From positions 71,088-135,087 of the forward strand of contig JAFVTH010000007.1 of the NCBI GenBank assembly GCA_017503285.1: a stretch of 64,000 nt of DNA, written 5' to 3'. The DNA comes from Clostridia bacterium (GTDB lineage: Bacteria > Bacillota > Clostridia > Oscillospirales > CAG-272). The position numbers and the translations under genes are program-made. The notes under the pieces were generated by a model. The model saw only the letters and a list, made by a program, of their open reading frames with translations. It was not told where the DNA came from and did no database searches. Positions 56,694 to 64,000 of this stretch are shown here, in pieces. The stretch's first letter is position 1, and each line of letters opens with the position of its first letter.

Positions 56694-57383
56694 TTGACTA
56701 ATATGCTTTTTCAAATTGATATAAATGGCTCTGTTGGGGCAGTTGCGGTAATGCTTGAGGAAAATCTCGGTGCTGTTGTGTGTGACTCTACCTTTAGAGG
56801 AAAGTCCTGCTACACCGAGGATATCATATATTTAATTAAGCTTGGCACAAATGTTTATTGCAGTCACGAGGGCAAGCTTTTTGTTGAGGGAAAGGGCGAT
56901 TTTGAATATGCGCCCAATGGCAAAATAACAAGGCTTGGGGGCATTTTGTTTGACTATTTCAACAGCGGCAGGCTTATGAAAATCGGCGCTGTCGATGTTG
57001 AATATTATGGAAGCGCCCATAGAGTTTCCAGGGTTGGAAAAACCGAGCTTGAGTATTATGGCTCAAGCGGCAAGCTGATGAAGGTCGGCAAAAACGAAAT
57101 AAGATATATAGGTAACACAATAAAAATATCACAAATAGGCTCTGTCAGCCTTGACTACTACGGCAGTGGCAAGATTATGAAGGTGGGCAGCGTAAATGTT
57201 GACTACTATGGCAGCGATAGAATACAAAGGGTCGGCAGCACAGGCTTTGAATACCTTGCAAGCGGAAAGGTAAAAAGAATAGGCGGCTTTAGCTTTGACT
57301 ACTCCCCAAGTGATAGATTATTACGGGGCTGCTGCTATGACTTTACATATCTGCCAAGTGGAAAAATCCAATCGGTAAAATAA
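56694..57383 (+). CDS. Hypothetical protein built of about nine 16-17-residue tandem repeats (start TTG 56694 or ATG 56703)
   Basis: Repeats of the form (V/I)G....(D/E)YYGSGK(I/L)MK, e.g. VGKTELEYYGSSGKLMK, IGSVSLDYYGSGKIMK, VGSVNVDYYGSDRIQR. No signal peptide. AAGGGGG RBS. Confidence 0.65.
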   Translation: MTNMLFQIDINGSVGAVAVMLEENLGAVVCDSTFRGKSCYTEDIIYLIKLGTNVYCSHEGKLFVEGKGDFEYAPNGKITRLGGILFDYFNSGRLMKIGAVDVEYYGSAHRVSRVGKTELEYYGSSGKLMKVGKNEIRYIGNTIKISQIGSVSLDYYGSGKIMKVGSVNVDYYGSDRIQRVGSTGFEYLASGKVKRIGGFSFDYSPSDRLLRGCCYDFTYLPSGKIQSVK

Positions 57384-57413
57384 GAGAAACGGCAAAATGC
57401 CGTTTCTTTTTTT
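57384..57413 (+). terminator. Intrinsic terminator
   Basis: AGAAACGGCA-AAA-TGCCGTTTCTTTTTTT. Confidence 0.85.
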
Positions 57414-57473
57414 GTGTCAATTTTCAAAACCCTTCATAATCTAATAAGGAGTAATTATAAAGGGGTGAAAAAC

Positions 57474-58496
57474 TTGAAAAAAGCGACCCTGTGTCTGATT
57501 TTTGGCGGAAAAAGTAATGAATACAGCGTGTCCTTGAGAACTGTATGCAGCATGCTTTACGCACTGGACTACGAAAAATATGAGGTAAGCAAAATAGGTA
57601 TAACGAAGGAGGGCAAATGGCTTTTTACAAATTGCTCAACTGATGATATCTTAAGGGATAGCTGGCAGAAAAACGCAAGTGATGTGCTGATAGATTTTAA
57701 TAATGGTGGCTTTTTAGTAGATGGCAAGCTATATAAGCCAAATAAGGCACTGATTGCTATGCATGGAGAATACGGAGAGGACGGGCGCGTACAGGGGCTC
57801 TTAGATATGCTGGGCATTGACTATATAGGATGTGACAGCTTTGCAAGCAGTCTTGCTATGGATAAGCATCTTACAAAGCTGGTGGCAAAAAGCGCCGGTG
57901 TACCCGTGGCAAGGGGGCTTTTAGTAAATAAATCAAGCAGCAAGACAAAAATTTTAGAAAAAGCAAAAGAGCTTGGCTATCCCCTTTTTGTAAAGCCCTG
58001 CCGCGCAGGCTCATCTGTGGGGGTCAGCCGTGTAAAGCATGAGAGTGAGCTGATAAAAGCCATAGAAATTGCCCAAAATTACTGTCCGAGGGTGCTTGTC
58101 GAGGAGGAAATTATAGGCACAGAAACTGAGATTGGCGTCTTGGTGGATGGGGAAAGCATAACCGTTTCTGAAATAGGTCAACTAAAGCACGGGGGAGAGT
58201 TTTACACCTACTTTGAAAAGTACGAGGGTGGCAAAACGGAGTACATTATTCCCGCCAAAATAGCAGAAAAAACAAAAAAAGAGCTGGGGGAGTGTCTAAA
58301 AAATCTGATTTTTGCCTTGGATATTAAGGGTTACGCGCGATTTGACTTTTTTGTTAAAAACGATGGCTCTTTTGTCTTTAACGAGGTAAACACCCTGCCC
58401 GGCTTTACAGAAAGCAGTATGCTGCCTATGCTTTTCAAGCATAGAGGGATAGACAAGACACAGCTTCTAGACAGGCTCATTTTACATAAATTTTAA
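57474..58496 (+). CDS. ddl: D-alanine--D-alanine ligase
   Basis: LIFGGKSNEYSVS N-terminus, ATP-grasp body, NEVNTLPGFT near the C-terminus. TTG 57474 lies 8 nt after AAGGGG; GTG 57465 is an alternative start. Confidence 0.9.
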   Translation: MKKATLCLIFGGKSNEYSVSLRTVCSMLYALDYEKYEVSKIGITKEGKWLFTNCSTDDILRDSWQKNASDVLIDFNNGGFLVDGKLYKPNKALIAMHGEYGEDGRVQGLLDMLGIDYIGCDSFASSLAMDKHLTKLVAKSAGVPVARGLLVNKSSSKTKILEKAKELGYPLFVKPCRAGSSVGVSRVKHESELIKAIEIAQNYCPRVLVEEEIIGTETEIGVLVDGESITVSEIGQLKHGGEFYTYFEKYEGGKTEYIIPAKIAEKTKKELGECLKNLIFALDIKGYARFDFFVKNDGSFVFNEVNTLPGFTESSMLPMLFKHRGIDKTQLLDRLILHKF

Positions 58497-58506
58497 TATT
58501 ATAGTA

Positions 58507-58535
58507 TTGAAATTAAATATATTATGTAGTATAAT
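58507..58535 (+). promoter_or_regulatory. Sigma-A-type promoter upstream of murD
   Basis: TTGAAA, 17 nt, TATAAT. Confidence 0.6.
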
Positions 58536-58549
58536 GTTATGAGGTTTAT

Positions 58550-59845
58550 ATGGAAAAATTATCCCTTGGCTCCGTTGCCTTAATAGGGCTTGGGGTCTCT
58601 AACCGTGCTGTGCTTGACTATCTTTTGGAGCATAATATCACCCCTGTGGTTCGTTGTCCTGAAAAAATCACCTTGCCAAGGGGCGCTTGTGGCGTTTTTG
58701 GCAAGAACTACTTAAATACCTGTGAGGATATGGTTTTCCGTTCCCCCTCGGTGCGTCCGGACAAGATTTTGGGCAGGGGTAAGGTTTTTTCGGAAATATC
58801 CTTTAGCCTTGAAAATGTAAGGTGCTTTAAGATAGGTGTTACAGGCTCTGACGGTAAGACAACCACATCAACCCTAATACACAAAATCCTTTGTGAGGCG
58901 GGCAAAGGCGCATACCTGGTTGGCAACGTGGGCACGCCCCTGATTTCCTACCTTGATAGGATAAAAAAAGAGGATTTTATTTGCTGTGAGCTTTCAAGCT
59001 TTCAGCTTTTTGACTATAAGCCAAGCCTTGATGTGGCCATAGTTACAGGCATAACCCCAAACCACCTTGATTGGCATAGGGATTTTGCGGAATATGTGCT
59101 TTCCAAAAAGAACATAACCAAAAACGCAAGGCGCGTTATTTTGCCCTATGACCTACCCGGCAGAAGGCTTTTTGACGGGGATATGGTTAGCTACTTTTCT
59201 CTTACTGACCTTAGCCACTTAGGCGGCAAGCACGCATACCTAAAGGATGGCTATGTTTATTATGGTAAAAAAAGGCTTTTTCCAAAGGAAAAGATTAAGC
59301 TTGCAGGGGACTTTAATATTAAAAATGTGCTTTGCGCCATTTTGGCAACATACGATTTAGTTGGGCTTATGCCTATTTTGAATATTGTTTCCACATTCGG
59401 TGGTGTTTCTCATCGTATGGAAAGGGTGGCAAGCGTGTCTGGGGTGGATTTTGTAGACTCGTCTATTGACTCAACTCCCGATAGAACAGCCGCAACTCTT
59501 AGCGCCTTTGATAAATCAAGGGTTATTGCCATAATGGGCGGATACGACAAAAACCTAAAATACGATATACTAAAAGAAGCAACCAAGGGGCTAAAGGCAA
59601 TAGTCCTGCTTGGCGAAAACAGAGAAAAGATTTTAATGTGTCAAGAGGCACAAAGGGTCTTTACAGTAAATACAATGCATGAGGCAGTTAGCCTTGCAAG
59701 TAGCCTTGCCGTGGCGGGAGATACAATTTTGCTTTCCCCTGCGTCAGCAAGCTTTGATATGTACAAAAATTACGAGGAAAAATCAGAGGCGTTTCTTTGC
59801 GCCATACGAGGTATAGAAAATGGAAGGAATAAAGAAAATTCTTGA
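58550..59845 (+). CDS. murD: UDP-N-acetylmuramoyl-L-alanine--D-glutamate ligase
   Basis: Mur ligase P-loop GVTGSDGKTTT and the NHLDWH motif. Size and order of domains fit MurD. Confidence 0.88.
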   Translation: MEKLSLGSVALIGLGVSNRAVLDYLLEHNITPVVRCPEKITLPRGACGVFGKNYLNTCEDMVFRSPSVRPDKILGRGKVFSEISFSLENVRCFKIGVTGSDGKTTTSTLIHKILCEAGKGAYLVGNVGTPLISYLDRIKKEDFICCELSSFQLFDYKPSLDVAIVTGITPNHLDWHRDFAEYVLSKKNITKNARRVILPYDLPGRRLFDGDMVSYFSLTDLSHLGGKHAYLKDGYVYYGKKRLFPKEKIKLAGDFNIKNVLCAILATYDLVGLMPILNIVSTFGGVSHRMERVASVSGVDFVDSSIDSTPDRTAATLSAFDKSRVIAIMGGYDKNLKYDILKEATKGLKAIVLLGENREKILMCQEAQRVFTVNTMHEAVSLASSLAVAGDTILLSPASASFDMYKNYEEKSEAFLCAIRGIENGRNKENS

Positions 59846-60839
59846 GGCTTTGGTTCATATAGGTACAGTTTCCGGCTACGAGTCAAATGCTGAAAAATAC
59901 CTAAGTGGGCTTTTTGGCTTTGACAGCTGCGAAAGGGACAGCTTGGGTAGCTTTGTGCTTACAAAAAAATCCCTTAAGGAAAATGCGCCCAAGCTCCTTA
60001 TAGATGCCCACCTTGACAACGTTGGCTTTATGGTTACAGACATAAAGGAGGGTGGCTTTTTGAAGGTGGTTAATGTTGGCGGACTTGACACCCGTGTTTT
60101 GCCTGCTACTGAGGTTGTAATTTATGGCAAAAAGGAAATTTACGGCATCATTACCTCAACACCACCTCACCTAAAAAGAGAAAGAAACAAGCTGCCAAAA
60201 ATTGAGGAGCTTATGATTGATACAGGCTACACCAAGGAGGAGCTTAAGGAGCTTGTTGACATTGGAGACCCTGTTGCATACAAGCCAAGGCTTGACACTC
60301 TTCAAAATGACTATGTTGCTGCAAACAGCCTTGATGATAAGGCTTGCTGCGCTGCTGCAATTGACGCAATTATGAGCGTAGACAAGAAGGACCTTACCTA
60401 CGACGTTTATCTTGCTATCTCCGCAGAGGAGGAGGTTGGAAAGGCAGGACCTGCCAGGGTTGCCTTCGCACTCCGTCCGGACATTGCAATTATAACCGAT
60501 GTTAACTTCGCAAGGGGAGAGGGCATTGAGGCATACCAATCTATTGAATGCCAAAAGGGTCCCTCCGTTAGTATTTCTGCCGTTTGCGACAGACGTCTGA
60601 CAAGGAATATTATCAGCCTTGCCAAGGAGAAAAATATAAGCCATCAAATTATTTGCGAGCCATCGTATACAGGCACAAATAATGAGGATATTTCCATAAG
60701 TGGCATAGGTGTTAGGACCTCTGTTGTTAGTGTGCCGCTAAAGCATATGCACACACCAAGTGAGGTTGTTTCACTTAAGGACTTAAAATCCCTTTCTGAC
60801 CTTCTTAAGGCAGTTATGGTAGCAAAGGAGGAGCTATGA
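59820..60839 (+). CDS. M42-family metallopeptidase paralog 1
   Basis: IGTVSGYE, DAHLDNVGF (variant of HMDEIGF), SLDDKA, SAEEEVG, HMHTPSE. Overlaps the murD 3' end by 26 nt. Confidence 0.8.
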   Translation: MEGIKKILEALVHIGTVSGYESNAEKYLSGLFGFDSCERDSLGSFVLTKKSLKENAPKLLIDAHLDNVGFMVTDIKEGGFLKVVNVGGLDTRVLPATEVVIYGKKEIYGIITSTPPHLKRERNKLPKIEELMIDTGYTKEELKELVDIGDPVAYKPRLDTLQNDYVAANSLDDKACCAAAIDAIMSVDKKDLTYDVYLAISAEEEVGKAGPARVAFALRPDIAIITDVNFARGEGIEAYQSIECQKGPSVSISAVCDRRLTRNIISLAKEKNISHQIICEPSYTGTNNEDISISGIGVRTSVVSVPLKHMHTPSEVVSLKDLKSLSDLLKAVMVAKEEL

Positions 60840-61897
60840 GAGAGCTTTTGAAAAAACTTTCCCTTGCCTTTGGTCCAAGTGGCTGTGAGGAATATGTTAG
60901 GGATATAATAGCCTCTGAAATAGAGCCTTATCTTGACGGAGCCGAGCTTATTAAGGACCACACAGGCAACCTTATTTATCATAGACCCGGCAAGGGCAAG
61001 AGGCTGCTTCTTAATGCCCATATGGACGAGGTAGGCTTTATGGTAACAGAGGTTACCGACGGGGGCTTGCTTTGCTTTGGAAATGTTGGTGGTATGGAGC
61101 CGCTTATCCTTTCCTCCAAAAGAGTTATATCAGAAAACGGCATCGTTGGCGTAATAGGCTCAAAGGCTGTGCATCTTCTTTCCGCTGAGGAAAGGGACAA
61201 GCCAACCCTACCGAGGGATATGCGTATTGATATCGGTGCTGACACTAAGGCAGAGGCAGAGGCGCTTTGTCCGGTTGGCACATACTTTACATTCCTTTCC
61301 GACTATGTTGAGTACGGAAATAATCTTATAAAATGCAAGGCGCTTGACGATAGGCTTGGCTGTGCAATCCTTTGCCAAATCATCAAGGATATTTGCAATG
61401 AAAAAATAGACGTGCAACACGATTTATATATCGCCTTTACCTGCCGTGAGGAGCTTGGATATTCAAGCGCCTTTGGCGTTACAGACAGAATAAAGCCGGA
61501 CTACGCCGTGGTTGTAGAATCAAAGGCTGTGGCTGATGTTAGTGGCGTTAGCGACGACAAAAAGGTTTGCACCCTTGGGGACGGCGTTATTGTTTCCTTT
61601 GCAGACAAGTCGACAATTTACGACCGTGACCTTATTAAGTACATTATGGACCTTTGCAAGGAAAAGGACATTAAATATCAGGTAAATAAATTTATCTCCG
61701 GCGGAAATGACTCTGCCCATATACAAAGAAGTGGTGGTGGCACCAAGGTGGCTGTGCTTTCCTTGGCGTCAAGATATATACATTCTCCAAGTGATGTTAT
61801 TCATGGGGAGGATTTTGAAAACGCTTATAAAACCGTTTTGGCAATTGTTAGCGACAAGGGATTTGAACCAAGCTGTCTTTGCACGATAAGCAACTGA
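60836..61897 (+). CDS. M42-family metallopeptidase paralog 2
   Basis: NAHMDEVGF, ALDDRLGC, CREELG, YIHSPSD. Confidence 0.85.
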   Translation: MRELLKKLSLAFGPSGCEEYVRDIIASEIEPYLDGAELIKDHTGNLIYHRPGKGKRLLLNAHMDEVGFMVTEVTDGGLLCFGNVGGMEPLILSSKRVISENGIVGVIGSKAVHLLSAEERDKPTLPRDMRIDIGADTKAEAEALCPVGTYFTFLSDYVEYGNNLIKCKALDDRLGCAILCQIIKDICNEKIDVQHDLYIAFTCREELGYSSAFGVTDRIKPDYAVVVESKAVADVSGVSDDKKVCTLGDGVIVSFADKSTIYDRDLIKYIMDLCKEKDIKYQVNKFISGGNDSAHIQRSGGGTKVAVLSLASRYIHSPSDVIHGEDFENAYKTVLAIVSDKGFEPSCLCTISN

Positions 61898-61940
61898 GCC
61901 TTGTCCGACCCTTGTATTGAAAATTTTTAGAGGTGAAAAA

Positions 61941-62918
61941 ATGTTTGAACTAATAAAAAAGCTTATGCTCACCCCCTCTGTTTCCGGCAGAGAGGATAAA
62001 ATAAGAGAGGTAATTACAAAAGAGGTTAGCCCTTATGTAGATGATATTACCGTTGACAATCTTGGCAACCTTATAGTGCGCAAGAGAGGAGAGGGCAAAA
62101 GGGTTATGCTTTGCGCCCATATGGACGAAATCGGCTTCTTTGTTACCTTTATCACAAGCGACGGATATATTAAGGTTAGCCCTGTTGGTGGTATAAACTC
62201 CTTGTCCAGTGCTTACACCGAGGTGGTTTCCGAAAGGGGCGTTTGCGGTGTTTTAGTGCCGGAAAGCGCAAAGGACCTACCTAAGGTAGAGGAAATGTAT
62301 ATCGATATCGGTGCAAAGACCAAAAAGCAGGCTGAAAGCAAGGTGGAGCTTGGAGATTTCTTTGTGGCTCGCCCAAATGTTAAGAAGCTTATGAACCAAA
62401 GATATATAGGAAGACCCTTTGATGACAGAATCGCATGCGCTGTGCTTATTGAGGCACTAAAGAAGGTTAAGGGCAGCAAAAACGACCTTTACTTTGTTTT
62501 CTCCACCCAAGAAGAGGTTGGCGGCAGAGGCGCAAAGGCAGCAGCGTATAATATTGCACCGGACATCGGTCTTGCTGTTGATGTTACCATGACAGGAGAC
62601 AAGCCGGGCTCAAAGCCGATGGCTGTAAAGCTTGGTGGCGGTTGCACAATAAAGATAAAGGATTCCTCGGTTATATCAAACCCACAGCTTGTTAAGGAAA
62701 TGAAGAAAATAGCAGAGGACAAGAAAATCAAGTATCAAAGCGAAATGCTTGTGGCAGGTGGTACAGATGCCGCCCCAATCCAAATTGCGGGCAAGGGCGC
62801 TAAGGTTAGTGCCATCTCAATTCCATCAGCATACATTCATTCAAATTGTGAAATGATAGATATGGGCGATGTTAAGGAGGCTGTAAGGCTTGCCGTTGCC
62901 CTATGTGAGGAGCTATAA
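61941..62918 (+). CDS. M42-family metallopeptidase paralog 3
   Basis: PSVSGRE, CAHMDEIGF, FDDRIAC, STQEEVGGRGA, YIHSNCE. ATG 61941 follows GAGGTGA. Confidence 0.85.
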   Translation: MFELIKKLMLTPSVSGREDKIREVITKEVSPYVDDITVDNLGNLIVRKRGEGKRVMLCAHMDEIGFFVTFITSDGYIKVSPVGGINSLSSAYTEVVSERGVCGVLVPESAKDLPKVEEMYIDIGAKTKKQAESKVELGDFFVARPNVKKLMNQRYIGRPFDDRIACAVLIEALKKVKGSKNDLYFVFSTQEEVGGRGAKAAAYNIAPDIGLAVDVTMTGDKPGSKPMAVKLGGGCTIKIKDSSVISNPQLVKEMKKIAEDKKIKYQSEMLVAGGTDAAPIQIAGKGAKVSAISIPSAYIHSNCEMIDMGDVKEAVRLAVALCEEL

Positions 62919-63529
62919 TGAAAAAGGTTATATCAATTTTGTTAGTTGCGATTATGTGCCTTGGCATTTTCGTGGCTTGTAATGACGAAACCGAGGTGCC
63001 TGCCGGTGCAAAGCTTGCATCAAGCTCTATGCTTTACAAGCTTTTTATTCCTGAGGATTGGCAAATAAACCAATCCACCTCTGCACTTACCTCTGCACAG
63101 CCCGCAAAGGATTCCTTTACCAATGTGTCAGTTATGTATTGGTCGGCCTCAAACGAAAAGAACACCTACGAGGCATTTGAGGAGGAGTACAAGACACAGC
63201 TTGAGGATATTACAACAGAGGTAAAATTCTTGAAAAACGGCACAGCAAGCATTGTTGGCGACAGATATGCAACAGTAGATTCAGAGGGAAATACAGATAA
63301 CCCATATGACGGTAAGGACTATGTATATGTGGCAAAGATAGGCAAGTATTTCTATAAATACCATGTTACTGCCATCTTATATAAAAACTCCTTTTACGTT
63401 ATTACATTTACATTCCCACAGGACAATCGTACAACCGAGCTTGAGACAATGGAGGAGGCAACCTTTAGCGCCTTTGACCAATATAGCGAGCAGGTTACAT
63501 CAATTTTATACGCATTTAAGCTACTGTAA
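62918..63529 (+). CDS. Hypothetical lipoprotein
   Basis: Lipobox GIFVACND; 203 aa, no recognisable motif. Translationally coupled on both sides (ATAATG / TAATG). Confidence 0.6.
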   Translation: MKKVISILLVAIMCLGIFVACNDETEVPAGAKLASSSMLYKLFIPEDWQINQSTSALTSAQPAKDSFTNVSVMYWSASNEKNTYEAFEEEYKTQLEDITTEVKFLKNGTASIVGDRYATVDSEGNTDNPYDGKDYVYVAKIGKYFYKYHVTAILYKNSFYVITFTFPQDNRTTELETMEEATFSAFDQYSEQVTSILYAFKLL

Positions 63530-64000
63530 TGGAAGAAATATATTTAGACAATAGTGCCACTACAAAAATAAGCCCAAGGGCAAGGGATAAGATGCTTTCC
63601 GTTATGGAAAACCGGTACGGAAACCCCTCATCCCTGCACAAAAAGGGTCTTGATAGTGAGCACGTGATAGAGGAGGCAAGGGCAACCCTTGCATCATCTC
63701 TTGGAATTTCAAGATTTACAAGGGCAGAGATTATTTTTACCTCCGGCGGTACAGAATCAAATAACCTGGCTATCTTCGGCACAGTTTTTGCAAAAAAGCG
63801 CGCAGGCAAGGAAAAAATCCTTACCACAAGGGGGGAGCATGCGTCTGTTGAAGCTCCGCTTAAGCATCTTGAGCTTTTAGGCTACGAGATAGTAAGAGTT
63901 CCAACTGACGGCGGTGTAATTGACCTTAACTATATAAAGGAGCATGGCAAGGGTGCAATCTTAGCCACCTTTATGCATGTAAATAACGAAACAGGTGCGC
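63529..64000 (+). CDS. nifS: Cysteine desulfurase (NifS/IscS class V aminotransferase), 3' end outside the window
   Basis: Absent from the ORF track because no stop is reached. My translation from ATG 63529: MEEIYLDNSATTKISPRARDKMLSVMENRYGNPSSLHKKGLDSEHVIEEARATLA...IIFTSGGTESNNLAI. Confidence 0.85.
   Translation, partial: MEEIYLDNSATTKISPRARDKMLSVMENRYGNPSSLHKKGLDSEHVIEEARATLASSLGISRFTRAEIIFTSGGTESNNLAIFGTVFAKKRAGKEKILTTRGEHASVEAPLKHLELLGYEIVRVPTDGGVIDLNYIKEHGKGAILATFMHVNNETGA

Noticed and set aside
59820-62918. Three consecutive M42 (FrvX/CelM-type) peptidase genes as a possible novel system.
   Set aside because: Tandem M42 paralogs forming hetero-oligomeric TET-like aminopeptidases are a well-known arrangement. 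All three retain the metal-ligand motifs, with only HLDN in place of HMDE in the first. This is ordinary paralogy.
1-64000. A scan for mobile elements, prophage, toxin-antitoxin pairs, restriction-modification, CRISPR-Cas or other defence islands, and for pseudogenes or frameshifts.
   Set aside because: None was recognised. There are no transposase, integrase, recombinase or phage structural motifs, no abrupt compositional change visible by eye, and all family-assigned genes appear full length apart from the two cut by the window edges.

Overview
This 64-kb window reads as ordinary chromosomal core genome of an anaerobic Firmicute. A Clostridia, Oscillospiraceae/Ruminococcaceae-like origin is my inference from gene content and codon style; nothing was searched. 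Genes are densely packed and mostly housekeeping:
- a copA-type P1B ATPase with a DtxR-family regulator, and RNase Y;
- mgsA, and an mnmM-mnmE operon extended by an RNHCP protein and a PflX-like radical SAM protein;
- alaS, and a Na+-pumping oxaloacetate decarboxylase operon (oadG, biotin carrier, oadB, oadA);
- nadE/pncB, a ymdB-galK-MBL-rsmG-protease operon, and citrate synthase;
- an eight-gene pyrimidine operon (pyrC-carB-pyrK-pyrD-pyrF-pyrE-pyrB-pyrI);
- ddl, murD, three tandem M42 peptidases, and the 5' end of a nifS-type cysteine desulfurase.

Four tRNA genes are present: Thr-UGU and Tyr-GUA as a pair, Thr-GGU, and Arg-ACG. Accessory-looking content is limited to secreted or lipoprotein repeat proteins (BspA-type LRR, Flg_new repeats, Cys/His-rich modules, discoidin-like domains), an all-MORN protein and a 16-residue-repeat protein. 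I saw no transposase, integrase, phage genes, CRISPR array or recognisable defence island.

The observations most worth following up:
1. An unclassified, apparently structured RNA-like element occurs twice, each time directly behind a tRNA transcription unit, with compensatory base changes between the copies.
2. The mnmM-mnmE-RNHCP-radical SAM operon has no adjacent mnmG.
3. A methylglyoxal-synthase paralog has lost its catalytic residues.
4. A three-hairpin attenuator precedes the pyr operon, which also lacks carA and pyrR in the window.
5. Two long direct-repeat structures lie in intergenic DNA.

All functional calls come from motif recognition in the supplied translations. No database search was run.
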